A stretch of 62,521 bases of DNA, filler included, from Rhabdomonas costata (GCA_019059605.1; 27 parts of 27 records of this genome joined end to end with filler, not necessarily neighbours in it), one strand, 5' to 3'; positions 12,164-24,642 are shown, counted from the whole stretch's first letter. The notes: generated by a model not told the origin, from the letters alone. Translations and numbers: made by a program.

Positions 12164-13207
12164 AGGCCCACCCAAGGATGCCCAAGCCCTCGCAGTGCCT
12201 GCACACCCTCTCTCTGATCCTGAACGTCGTCGCGAAGCTCCCTTGCGGGGACTTCCTCCTTTACCACCGCCCCACTGAAGGCCCCACCCTTCGGCTGCTG
12301 CGAGCCTGCGGGGCTGTGCCCACGATGTCGGCGGCCGCAGTGTCGGGTTCCGTGACGCACGTGGGGATGGCAGACCTTGGCCTGGGGAGTGGGCTCGTCG
12401 ACGAGGACACTGTCACGTTCATCCCAAGCACAGATGACTGGTGGCCGGAACAGGTGGAGTAGGCGTTGCGGGATAGGGAAGAGGGGCAGGGGATGTGAGC
12501 TGGGAACAAGGATGAAGGAGGGCTGAGGTCACCCTGAACTGAAGTTCCATTTGGGGGAGGTCGCTAAATCTCATAAAACTTTGCCTAGGATCATGCCCAT
12601 GCATACTGCTTTGTTTTTTTTTAGTTCTACCCTGCTCTCACCTGTAGTCATCCGTAGTGACACTTCCTCACCATAGCTTTTCCACATGCCTGAACAAGTA
12701 GAACAGTGGTGGGGTAAGTCGTGCATTCTAAACCGGTGCTGTGACAGATAATTTCGATGTTTCGAGAGTGTCTTTGCATTCGAATCCCATTTTCACCAGG
12801 CATAACTCTTTTTCTGTGTATACTGAAGTACTGAATGCACAGCAATTCGACAGCCCTACTGAATGCACGCTTTCTGAAGGTGTTTGTTTGTGCTGGAGTT
12901 TAAGAAATCAATGATGCCCCGTTTTTCTTGTTTTCTGTTTCCGCCGCTGCAGGGGTTCAAGCGCATCCCTAACACCTTCCCCACACACAGCCTGGTGTGG
13001 GAGGCGAACTACCGCCGCGGTCCCCCCGGCCCCACCGCCGGTGGAGGCCGCCGCCGCACCCGTCACCACAGAGACCGCGACGTGCAGCCCTGGCGCGACA
13101 TCCCACACAATCTCAGCGTGTTTCTGCGCAGGACGGGCCCCAACTCCTGCGTGGTGCAGAGCCCCGAAGAGCTGCTCCGGCACGCACAGGAGAAAGGGTA
13201 TGGGTGA
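12164..13207 (+). CDS. NARG2_C / ICE2 (little elongation complex subunit 2)-like C-terminal domain, partial (exons 12164-12453, 12953-~13200)
   Basis: KLPCGDFLLYH...FIP..DWWPEQ|GFKRIPNTFP resembles the NARG2_C motifs LxxGxYLLxH and RIPxTFP. The intron is phase-0 GT-AG. Confidence 0.45.
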
Positions 13208-14910
13208 GCACTTAAGACCAATCCCTGCCACGGGATTGGTCTTTCGTTGCAATCCTTGTCAGTCTCTCTCTTTGGGGTTTCGCTTCACAGCGTTTCCCGA
13301 AAAATCAAGAATGCTTCAGCATTTTTGGTGAAGCCGAAAGTGATCGACAGCAGTTATGCTAAATATCTGAGATGTCGGCATTCTTGCTAGAATCTGAAGG
13401 CTGTTCATTCTCTGCATTTTTCACAGTATCTGAACTGATTGTCTTGATTTTGGTTTGTATCCGAAGTGTTTGAGCATTTCCAGTAACCTCCAAAATGGTG
13501 GATTGCATGTCTGCTAGAATTGGAAATGCTGCTGGTTATTTCCATTTTGGGTGAATTCAAGGCGTTACAGGTCGTCTCTAACCTCTGACCCGTGGTATTC
13601 GAATTGAACATTAGTAGCGTTCATTGGACGATGAAGCTGTGGTCCGCCCCGCTCCCGCTCCCCGATGCCTGGGAGGCGCTCACACCTTGCTCTGGTGTGC
13701 ATTTGCGATACACGGGTGTGGGCGAAGATTGCCTAAGTCATCATTTGGTTGTTTTGCGTGCACCTTGATTACCAGTGGTAATCATGTTACCACCGCCCGC
13801 TCTTCCCCCTCCCCCCTGCCCAACTTGCTTCANNNNNNNNNNNNNNNNNNNNNNNNNNNNNNNNNNNNNNNNNNNNTTAATTAATTAANNNNNNNNNNNN
13901 NNNNNNNNNNNNNNNNNNNNNNNNNNNNNNNNCTGATATGGAGGAGTTCCAGTGGAGAGCAAACTTGGATGGCAAGGACCCCTTTCTTTCGTTGATGGAG
14001 CACATTCGCAATGGACATTTCCAGTGAATATTGTAATATTTGATCTCGCAGGGGGTTAGAAAGCCATGCACGTGTCCCCTAGAAAAAGGTTCACTGCTGA
14101 ACTTATGCCAAATATCTATTACGCTGGGCGCTTGCCTTTGTCTGGAACACAATCTAACGAGCTGCTACGTTCCAGGCTTTTTTCTGTAAAAGACCCCTTC
14201 AAATCAGTGGAAATAAAGTGATCGAGACTGTCCTCTGCAAAATACACCGATTGCCCCTTTCTAGGGACACGGATCAAAAAGTTTGGTTGTGAAGCAGTTT
14301 GAGGTGCGAAAAAACAGCACGAACATATTTAATTAGATGCAGGAATTAACTTAGAGCATCACCCGCAATTTTTCAGTACGGATATGGAAAAATGATTGGG
14401 GAGAAGTTGCTGAGAGTTGATGTGCCTAAAAAGTCTACCATTGGTACCTTTTTCATCGAGTTAGCGATTTGGGTACTTAAAGTTTCCACTTTTTTCTTCA
14501 GCTCCTTCAATACTTCCGAGGCCCTCCACACACTCCACCTATAACCATAAGTTTTGCTTTTGGAACGCGATCCATGGCGTTGCATTGCACGTCTCCATAA
14601 TCGTCTGATAACCTAACCTAACCTAAGATTCGACATCACAGTGAACCAAAAATTCCAACTCTGATAGCAGAAATAACGGATTGACCCCCAGTAGTGCTGC
14701 GTGCAAGCATTGTAAATGGCTTAACTTTGGCAGTGTAATCCCATTGCTATGTTATGTTTCTTTCTCAATGTTGTCGATGATAGAATTCACTCAAAACGCA
14801 AAGCACAGGGTTACGCAGGCATCTGGAATGTGAAAGATTGAAAAGCAGTAATCAGCTCAAAAGCAGCGTCAGTTCCTTTCCCGTCCCATCATCTGAAATA
14901 TGCTGGGTGG

Positions 14911-15230
14911 GTGTTAATGTGTTGGTTTGTTGGGCGCATGGTGCGCTGGCGTGGAGTGGACGACCTTTTTCTGGGAGTGCTTTGCAATGTCCTGAAAATT
15001 GCTGATGATGAACTTAAACCAAGGAAATCGATACAGAAATACAAGATAGAAGCTTCAGTGCCAGCATGTCCTACCTGTGGGACTAACATGAGGACTGTTC
15101 AGCACAGGGGAAAGCCTGGCTACATCTGTAATTCTCATGACTGCCGACCTCTTTGTAAAGCTCTGTGAACACATTCGTGATGGCAATTTCCAGTGACTGG
15201 TACAATGTATTTTTCTTGCAGGGGGTTAGG
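14911..15230 (+). mobile_element. Possible decayed Merlin/ISXO2-like transposase remnant
   Basis: Zinc ribbon CPTCGTNM..YICNSHDC, then after a stop ISSDWYNVF, similar to the DWxNF motif of Merlin transposases. No DDE core is visible. Confidence 0.3.
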
Positions 15231-16664
15231 GAGCGTTGTCCTCAATCCCCCAGGACAAGATAGATTTCTCGCACGGGGTCAGGAGGCGACGCACGTGTCT
15301 TCTAGGTGCGTATGGCATGGGAGTACATTGCCGAAGTAATGCCTTGTAAACTCCATCTGCTGATTCGCTCCAATACTAACAATTCCAAATTAACCCTTGT
15401 TCGTTGAGCGAAGCCAATCAGTGAGGCTCTTAAGCGTGAGTGAGACGAGGGCGCAGACTGATACCCAGAGCTTGGGCGGCAAAGCTCAGTGTTAAAATCA
15501 ACACCAGCCCAACTGGCCGTGACATTCCTGCACGGATTCGGTCAAGGGAAACGTAACTCAAAAACACGAAAAAAAATGTTTTTTGCTGCTGATGCGCTGC
15601 AGAGAATGTGAGAAAATAAGCGAAAATCGAAACAACAAGAGAATAGCTGAGAAAAAGGAGGCAAACACCAGTGTTATGAATGGCTCACTTCCCTCAAAAT
15701 GCAAAGCCCAGCCGTTCCGACACTAACACGATGCGCCATCAGCAGAATCGAGCAAACCCGTGCGTGCCACATGTGAAAGTTCCCAACAGCCCAGAGTTGG
15801 GCACTAATCCAATAAGTGACCACTTATTACCCCACTGCTTTCTCTCATCCAGTTGCCGGAGATCCCTTGAGCTGCAAGGCCAACCCCTAACGTGGGAATT
15901 CGTGATACTGAATCTGGCATGACATGGGCAGCAGCCATTAAAGGGGGAGAATCACCGAGAACTTGAGGAACGAGACTGGAACAAGGCTTTTCCAAAGCAG
16001 AATCGGAGCAACTAGGGAAACTCTTGCAGGGAGATATGTTGTACCACATTCTTCCAGAAGTGCCACAATTCCAGAGCTGGCGGCTGGCTCCCCGGCCCCA
16101 AAAAAGCTGAAATAGGGACAACTGAGGTGAGTCTAAGCTGCCCCCCCCACCNNNNNNNNNNNNNNNNNNNNNNNNNNNNNNNNNNNNNNNNNNNNTTAAT
16201 TAATTAANNNNNNNNNNNNNNNNNNNNNNNNNNNNNNNNNNNNNNNNNNNNTGTGTTACGTGTGTTTGGTGTGGGGGGGATCTACCTTAGTGACGGGTGT
16301 GTGCGTGTGTGGTTGTGGGTGGGCGTGGGTGCGGAAATGTGGTAATAGGTATTGTGTGGGAATTGATGTGTGGCGATTTTCGGTGTTTCCTGTTGTCTCT
16401 TCCATTCACTGGTGCTCAACGCTTCCACTCACCCCATTCAGTACCACCACCACATTTCCTGGTGTGGAACCATAACGCCATGCTCAAGAGAAGAAAACGC
16501 CATCAGCGGTCCGGCTTTGGCCAGCATTATGCTTGTCCCAAAATTCACTCCATGCCACCCATGCACGCGTTCTGTTATTGTTTTCCTGGGTACCTGCACA
16601 CTCTCATTGTCGGAGCCTTACTACTGTAACGCATCTTTTCTCAGTACTGGCGCACACGCTGCAG

Positions 16665-17429
16665 GGTATTGGGGTACTTTCGGGGCAACCTCGTCAGCTG
16701 CGGCCGCCAGTTTTTGAACAAAGGCCTGCTGTTTAGCTTCAACGACGTCTTCAAGGCGGCTTCAAAGAAGCTTGTGACCCGCTTTAAGGACAGGTGGGCG
16801 TGTTTGTTGGTCTTGATAGCTGGAGAAGTCAGAGACGCTTTTTCTGTTTCCACAGTGGTCATTCGCATCTATTTATCCATTTCTGGGTGTAAACAAGTTC
16901 CGAAGTGCCACGCTCGGGGTGGAAAGGGTGCTTGGGGTGTCGGGATGGTGCTTCTTTGCTTCTTTTTTCCATTGATTTTTGTTTCTACCCAGATTTCATG
17001 GACGTGGCCGCACATCCATTGGCCTCCCACATTGCATCGCTCAAGCGCTGCACGCCCTCCCCGAACCGATGGTGATCTACGGGTCGCCCTCATTTCTTCT
17101 CTCTTTTCATACAAGCTGGTTGGGCCCCTCCTTAGAGAATAGACTTCAGGGATTGGGGAAGCTCTCCTCACCCCGACACCGCTCTGCATCCCCGGTCGTC
17201 GCACAATCTCACAGCTGAAAACATCGCAAGGCAACTGGGGACAGACCGTGAGTTTGAATTCGCCATACTTTTCGGGGTTTTTTCTTCTTCAGTGGCCACT
17301 CCCACCTGTCCTGGCTCCCGATCTTCCTCTCGGGTTCCTTAGCCGGGGTATCGATGCAAATGATCACTTATCCCATTGACGTGATCCGTGTCCGCATTGC
17401 CTCGCAGATGGGAAAGACCGCGTACACAG
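16665..17429 (+). CDS. Mitochondrial carrier (SLC25, CoA/adenine nucleotide carrier-like), two internal exons 16665-16793 and 17293-17429
   Basis: VLGYFRGNLVSCGRQF...FLSGSLAGVSMQMITYPIDVIRVRIASQ contains the PxDxxRxR signature; GT-AG intron. Confidence 0.85.
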
Positions 17430-17819
17430 GTCTGGTGCCAGTCCCTCAGCGACACATTCTCAACCTGCATTTCACGCGATGCCTTTTGAGCGGACCAGTC
17501 AACCGTCCCCAGATCTGTAAGTGAACACTTCAGTGGTCATTCATCAGGCTCCAAAACTGGCACGAGGCATTTTTTGCTGCTTTCTCCTTTTGTACCTCTC
17601 TACATGGTTTTGCTTCGGTGAACGCAAGAGCAGTCTTCACAAACTTTGGTGAGCGATTTGCTCGCGGTTGGGTACGGTTCTTTTCGAAACACACCTGATG
17701 AAAAGACCGGATAATATACGCCAACTGACCCCTCGTTCCTAATTGGATGGGACCAAGGATTTGATTTCAAGAAAGAGTGGGCGTTGTCGTCGTAGGTGAC
17801 TGTGAAAGCGCATGAAAAA

Positions 17820-18244
17820 GCAAAAAGGTGGCCAAGGAGGCAGGCGGCCGTGCAGGCCGTTCCAGAACAGAACTGCACTGAAGGAAACAAAACGAAAGGA
17901 TAAGGCAAGAAATGGACGGGACACTCCCCAGAGCCGGTCTCACCGCCCCGAAGGCGTTTGCTTCAAACACACTCATCCGTCCACGCACCCACAGCACAGA
18001 CCGTTGCAGGTGCAAACTCCTGAACCTCGCCAGCCGTCGTCACAAGTTCCCTCCCCACTGCAGGTAAGGGTGGGGGCTCCCGGGCAGTAGGAGGTGCACT
18101 CTGCCGCGCCATTCAGCGAGACCCCGAAGGTTCCCGGGGGGCACGAGCAGTGCCCCGTGCCGGTCTTGCCGTCGGAGCAGACCCCATTGGGTCCACAGTC
18201 CGGGCAGGGCTTCGTGCAGCTGGTGCCGAAGTAGCCCTCCGCAC
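17820..18244 (-). CDS. EGF/laminin-EGF repeat protein, exons 18244-18002 and 17877-~17820
   Basis: AEGYFGTSCTKPCPDCGPNGVCSDGKTGTGHCSCPPGTFG...CPG..TCSGEGTCDDGWRGSGVCTCN; phase-1 GT-AG borders. Confidence 0.8.
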
Positions 18245-19580
18245 CTGAGGAGCCAGCCAGTAATCATGTGCACTTGCAGCCAAGATACCGAGATACGTAA
18301 ACGAGAGAGGGCAGAGGATTGAGAGGGAGGGCCGATCTTTACCCCATCACAGCTAAGCTCACGACCATGAGGTGGGGAGTGGACTGAGCAGGCCGAGGAG
18401 AAGGCGGCAGCACCTCATGACGGGCTGCTTGCTGACGGCCACAGTGCCAGAAGGATTCCGCAGAACAGANNNNNNNNNNNNNNNNNNNNNNNNNNNNNNN
18501 NNNNNNNNNNNNNTTAATTAATTAANNNNNNNNNNNNNNNNNNNNNNNNNNNNNNNNNNNNNNNNNNNNGTGGGTTGGGTGTGCACAGGTTTATTCCGTT
18601 ACTGAGCTTGGTGCCATGTCTGACGCCGAGTTACGTAAGGTGATGGGGACTATCGGGGCGACTTCCAAGATGAAGACCGCCCTGTTGGACTGTGGTGTCC
18701 GAAGGCATGAATCACCACCAGCTCCACCATCAAGCACTACAGTAACACCATCGCCAACCAGGTATTCATTGAAGTCACACCCACATATATCCACTTGTGG
18801 CCGCTGAATGGTTTTGCACGCTGCATGGGTTCTCCTAATTCTGTTCTTCTTGTGTGCTAAAACGTTAATGAAAAGAACGTTAATGTTTTGAGTGGTTATG
18901 GGTACGGCGATCGTTGGTCGTCCCCAATCATTTCAGCGACTTCCAACACTCAGTGGACCTCGCAAGCCTGGTTCAAAACATGAGAGCGAGCTTTCTTCTT
19001 TGCGAAAAATGTATTTTCAAATTGCCCTGTCACAGGTTGAACGTTGAGCTGGCCTGAATGCCGCTTCAAAAGCAGGCTGATATTTCTATGGACCTTATTG
19101 CCTGGAAATACTTTCTGTCCAGGCATCACTGCCGCTTTGCGCTCCGGTTTCATTTTCCATTTAGTTTTTGTCTTACTTCCTGAACGCGTTAACCACGTAT
19201 CAGTGGCTGTGTGCCGCTTCCTTGACGTTTTCCTCTCACTCTCATTGTGGTTTGAAAGCCAGGGAAATGCGCTGCGTGTCCAAATTTGGTGCTTGAATGG
19301 GATACTCACGATGTGAATAGGTGTTTCTGGCTATCGGCCTTGACATTCCACACACGCATGTTCAACAACTGCTCGAAATGGCCAGGTTAGTGTCAGTGGT
19401 TCGGCGCAGACGCGTTGGTGTGGTAAATCTCGAGGTGCGAGTTTGTCTCCGTGTCTCCGCATTGCTGTCTCGTATTTTTCCTCAGGCTTTCTTCTCTTTC
19501 AGTTTCTCAATCGCGCAGATCCGGTGCTGCCGCTGCGTTTTGTGAACACTCTGCATTCAATTTCAAAAATCAGAATAGGT

Positions 19581-20787
19581 ATGAGCGGCTGCGTTGCGGA
19601 CGGTCCGGAAATCCTGCTAAGCCCGGACCTTCTTTCCACAGTATGCACCTCCGAGGGTTGGATTGCCGCCGCGTGCAAATGTGAAGTTTACCTCTGGACC
19701 GCCAACTTTGGAGTGAGCGGAGACGAGAGCTCGTCTTCCCATGACCTGCATCTGCGGGTCCGCCTCACCGGGCACACTCGCCAGATCTCTGCGATGAGTT
19801 GTCACCACTCCTCCCAGACAATGTGCACTGCCTCTCGGGACCATATTGTACTCTGGGACATCGCCCAAGTTCTGACGGTGGCCGAGGTATGGTTCCGGTC
19901 CCGCCCTGTTCCCAACGCAACCTCTTCCACAACTTCCTCCGCGTCCTCGGAAGACAGCCCGGCAGAAGAGCACCGCTCTGAACTGTTTGAGATGCAATTT
20001 GAAGATGCCGTCTGTACACCATTGTACTTCACCTCGGAGCTACCCTCGGAGCCGTGTGGGGTCCGTTTCAGCAAGTCGGGCGTGGGCCTGGTTGCCGTTG
20101 CGGTGGAAGATATTGTCCTGGTGTTTGACCTCCAGACTCGATTTCTGTCCTTTCAGCTGGAGGGCCACCGCGGGGTTGTCTCGGACTGTCTATTCAGCAC
20201 CCACCTGCAAGAGTCTTTGGTTTCGGTCTCGTCCGACCGAACGTTTAAGGTTTGGGACTTGAAGACTGCAGCGATGTTTTATCAGTCAGCGATTTTGTCC
20301 TCGGCAGGCATCACCTGTGTTGCCGAAGACCCCACCCACCCGCGCATCGCGATGGGGTTTGAAAATGGGGTGGTGCGGTTCTTCGAGATCGGGCGCACCA
20401 AGGTCACTGACCTGTTCACGGTCAACGTTCACAATTATCTGCAGAGTGCAGCATCCAGTTGGCCCGAGAGCACGGAAGGGGAGCTTTTTGAGATCCTCAG
20501 CATGGAGTACCTCCCGGAGGACGCTCCTGGAAACCCACGGGCGCAGAATCGACTGGTGGTCGCGACCCCGTGGTGCCTTGTTGAGGTGGGCTCGGGGTCG
20601 TACCAGGTGCACCTGCTGCAAACATTTGTGGTTCCCGAGTCCACGGAGGAGTCCGATGAGGATACCTCTCGGTCGCCTCGGTGCAGTGGCGATGTGGCAG
20701 ACCGAGCGTCGTACCTGGGCTTTGCCCTTCTGCGACAAGATGGGGCTCTTCGGGTGGTTGTGGGCAGCACACCCCCACCACACACAC
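19581..20787 (+). CDS. WD40 repeat protein, WDR27-like (3'-partial)
   Basis: GH..WD repeats, and LEGHRGVVSDCLFS...LVSVSSDRTFKVWDL...YQSAILSS resembles WDR27. The ATG at 19581 follows a pyrimidine tract and AG. Confidence 0.75.
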
Positions 20788-20900
20788 NNNNNNNNNNNNN
20801 NNNNNNNNNNNNNNNNNNNNNNNNNNNNNNNTTAATTAATTAANNNNNNNNNNNNNNNNNNNNNNNNNNNNNNNNNNNNNNNNNNNNGGTTTTTTGGCAC

Positions 20901-22950
20901 TCACCGGCTAGAGCCTCCAGAGGCGACACGAAGAATGATCTTGTGAGAACTTTCGTTGCCACAATATTTAGTTACAACAGGTTGCCATATTAGTTTAAAT
21001 AGTTGAGTTGCGCTTGTGGACAAAAGTACCCCCCCCCCTTCTCCATGATGTTTGAATTCAGGACAAGACGGAGTCGGAGTCGACGCTGAGCCCTTTAGAG
21101 TCCGAAGGCACGGATGTCGGATGATGTCAGATGTATCGACAGAAGAAGGGTCTGAATCACTGGAAGCGCGAAAAAGGGCACACAACGCTTTTTTCAATGC
21201 TTTCACCGGATCTTCGGTTTCCACGTCAGCTGTCAGCTCGTTGGCCTTCCAGTGCGCAAGTGTGGGCGCATATGCGGGGACAGGACCGACCGTACCTCCA
21301 ACTGCGACACCGCTGAAGAACTTCTGGTGCTGCTTGAACAGTCTCCCGGGCAGGGAGTAGGCGTAGGTGCGGCTGAAGTGCGAGGCCTCGCGCACCACAG
21401 CCTTGGTGCCCTCCAGGGCGAGGTAGGCCGTGAAGAAGTCCAGCCGCACCTCAACATCGCGGACCTGGTTGGGCAGCATCACCGACGGCAACGAGGGTAG
21501 CAAGGGGAGGTTCTTGTGGTACCCCTGGTACTCCTGAAATAGACACACACACAGACATATGAGAAGTGAAAAAAAATAGGTCGAAACGAGAAAGCGCAGA
21601 GATGAACACTAAGGAAAAGCGATATGGGAAAATGCAAAGGAAAACATTTTTACAAGCAGCCGCATGCACGTCCAGCACACACGCTCAGAAAGAACATTAT
21701 ACTGGACATCAATGCGACGTGCACACCGCAGTGGCCAGGTGAGAAGCGAAAAGGTTTGTTTCGAACGTGTACTTTCTTTTGTGAGGTTGTTGGAAGGAAG
21801 ACCTTTGAAATGCCTCCATCTGGTTTCTGAGCTGATACTTGGCTGACTGCTCTGTTAGGGAGGGGGCGCTGGAGGGCGGGTGCGCACCAAGAAGGCCAGG
21901 TAGATCAGGGAGGAGGCGCAGATGCGGTACGCCGCGGAGAGGTAGTGGTCAAGTCGCAGCAGGCGCTGGAAGAACAGCCTCCAGTGGCAGAGCTCCAGCA
22001 GAAGCCTCAGAGAGCTGTCCAGCAGGGCCAGCCACGCCAGCGCGTCGGGCAAGCAAACCGGAGTGTACGGGTAGGCCGGCTGGAAGTACCACGCCGTGAT
22101 GCCCACCCACAGGATGGCCCGGATCACCCACCTGGCAGTGACCCACGCCATGAAATCAGTGAGCCGCTTTTCCCTTGTGCTTTCTGAACCTTTTGCACAT
22201 TAGCATACATAACAGAACTGTCTCGCGTATATTTCTGACGGGTTGTCACGAAGTGTTTTGTTTTGTGAGTGTGGCAAGTGCCTTGTCGCCGCCATCCTGA
22301 AAGTTCACAAAGCCTGACAGTCGCCGTACATAACGTCACCATGGTGCCCTTCTTCCACCACACACCTTCAGTTTGAAAACGGCAGCCGCCTTAATGGAAC
22401 ATTAATCATTTTTCGGTTTGGTACCCTGACGAAGCTTTGCTGTTATTCTGCTTTTTCTTGGGTGGTGTGAAAGCCGTCTGAGAAAATGAAACCTGTCTGA
22501 AAAAAAGCCACGCATGAAGATGCTAGGCAAAGTCCACACACCCGATGTTGTAGAAGGTTGTGGGAAAGCCCCCGCGCTGGGTGAAGGACCTCGGGAGGTC
22601 GGGCACGACAAACCCCGAGGGCGCCGTGGACGGCTGCTGCGAGGAAAAGAATGCCACGTAAAGAGATGTTGATGAGGACGCATAAACCAGATTTGACTAA
22701 CTTTCATGGGAAAGGATCCAATATCAGCAAAACCTTCAAAGAAAATAGGTGGTCCTCGTGTTAATTCACTCTCCAGAATCCCACAGAGTGTGCCTCGAGA
22801 AGCGGAAGAAAATGCAATCGAGAGACACTGAACCAGACCTGCTGCTGGCCTCCTCCGGAGGCGGCGAGCAGGGGTTCCGTCTCCCGAGCGCCCGTCGAGG
22901 AGGAGGCCGTGCCCCCGGTTTGCTGCATGGAGCCGTACAACAACCTAAGA
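20901..22950 (-). CDS. Multi-exon hypothetical membrane protein (partial)
   Basis: GC3-rich exons near 22640-22540, 22165-21890 (hydrophobic segments) and 21533-20901, with AG/GT borders. No family recognised. Confidence 0.45.
22417..22498 (-). repeat. Interspersed repeat family B, copy 1
   Basis: Reverse complement AGACAGGTTTC..AGACGGCTTT..CCAAGAAAAAGCAGAATAACAGC.AAGCTTCGTCAGGGTACCAA matches 41191-41284 and 59163-59273. Confidence 0.8.
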
Positions 22951-23559
22951 GTACACCCCCCCCGGCCCATTCCGCTCTTCCCTTCCCATCGAAAAGGACT
23001 CGGGTGCATTGGTGAGATCAAATGTCCTGTGTTCAGGGTCAGACATCGTGACTCAAGTTCCACGTTGAGATATCCTCATTTCTTCTGCCGCCCCCACCTC
23101 TCTTTNNNNNNNNNNNNNNNNNNNNNNNNNNNNNNNNNNNNNNNNNNNNTTAATTAATTAANNNNNNNNNNNNNNNNNNNNNNNNNNNNNNNNNNNNNNN
23201 NNNNNGGGTTTTTGGAACAGCGAAGGTCGCAGCACGTGTCGCTTCGTTCTTCTTCACCTTTGTCTTCTATTGTACCGACTTCACCGTGGTGACTCTTGCC
23301 GTGTGACGCAATGCTGTGACCTTCGCTGTTCCAAAAATGTCGGCAAAAAGGATCTCAGGCAAGCCGTCATGGAGAAAAAGCATGACTCTTTGGCGAGATT
23401 GAGCTCTCCAGTCGTTTTGGAAATACTCGGTATGCTCCGTTGCTAGGCAAAATTAGAGGGGAATTTAAGACATTGGATTCAACAAGCCATACATCGAGTT
23501 TTTTGAAGTATGTCTCATGTACCTCATGTCCTCGCAGACGGGGTGCCAGTGTTCCTTGT

Positions 23560-24506
23560 GCAACGCGCGTGAAATACTGGGTATACTGGGTATTCCTCTT
23601 GGCCAAGGCAATATTGCGGCGACAACAGCGTGGTGGCGAGCCAGGGCGAAAACAGCAGCTCAACGTCATCCTTTCACCACCACACAGATGGGCCGAAGGT
23701 GACTGGGAGTCCCTTTGGATTGAAGCCAAAGCCGACGGTGCCGCCCTGACAGAACGCTAGAGCCGCAAACTGGCACGGGGGTTGCTCCAAAGCCGCGAGA
23801 GAGCTCGGATCGGCGGGAGTCCACGACTTGACGTGAGAGGTGCTGAAAAAGTTACGGGACCTGCACCCTAGCGGTGACAAGCCTCTTCAGTCGCCTGCGT
23901 CCGACCCCAGCGGCTGGGCGCAGCTCACCGAAGATGACGAATCGACGCTTCTCAAACTGGTTAAGGTTCTTCCTGATGCGAGCGCCGGAGGTCCTTCTCA
24001 GCTGATTCCCTCACACCTAAAAGAAGCATGCTTCTGTGGGGCACCCGACGATGAAGCAACACTGCTGCGCTGCGCGCATGTTTGTCAACCTTGTAGCGGC
24101 GGGCTCTATGCTGGCTGAGCTGGCGCCCTTCCTCACATACCGAAACCTGGTATAGCTCAATAAGCCCGATGACCCGACTGGTGTCCGGCCCGTCGCCGTG
24201 GGCGAGACCATTTGGGGTTTGGTGGAACTTGCGGTTCTTCATAAATGGGTTTCCGACGCCCTCCGGCTGCCTTTGCCTCATCAGTTCGGCGTGGCTGTCA
24301 AGGATGCAGCCATGTTCATTTCTCGTCCGTGTGGCAAAGCGACCCAGTGGCTGCGTCGACCTGAGGGGTACGGCATTCTCCAGGTCGACATGAAGAACGC
24401 GTTCAAGTCGGTCAGCCCCGAGCCCATCTTACAGCGAGCCCATCTACACGTGCCTGCACTATATCCTTGGGCGCGGTGGTCTCTGATGACACATAGCTGG
24501 TTGTTT
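23560..24506 (+). mobile_element. Degenerate CRE/SLACS/CZAR-clade non-LTR retrotransposon, reverse transcriptase N-terminal half
   Basis: RWAEGDWESLW...LRDLHP...NLV*LNKPDDPTGVRPVAVGE...LPHQFGVAV...ILQVDMKNAFKSVS. There are stops at 23758 and 24153 plus frameshifts, and it is cut off before the YxDD motif. Confidence 0.8.
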
Positions 24507-24642
24507 GGTACCTTGGGCCGACCAGGGTGTGAGGCCCGATAGGCTCATGCCCCCCTCGAAAGGTGGGAGCCCAGGGGGGAAGTGGACCTTGAGTCCTCCC
24601 CAGAAAAAACTCATCCTTGCCAATTGCACCAAGTGTGTGTGT
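24507..24642 (+). repeat. Interspersed repeat family A, copy 2, abutting the RT and ending in (GT)5
   Basis: Homologous to 5499-5622; similarity begins where the RT similarity stops. Confidence 0.85.

Noticed and set aside
14608..14626. (TAACC)3 telomere-like repeat
   Set aside because: Only three units and internal to a contig; not distinguishable from a chance microsatellite.
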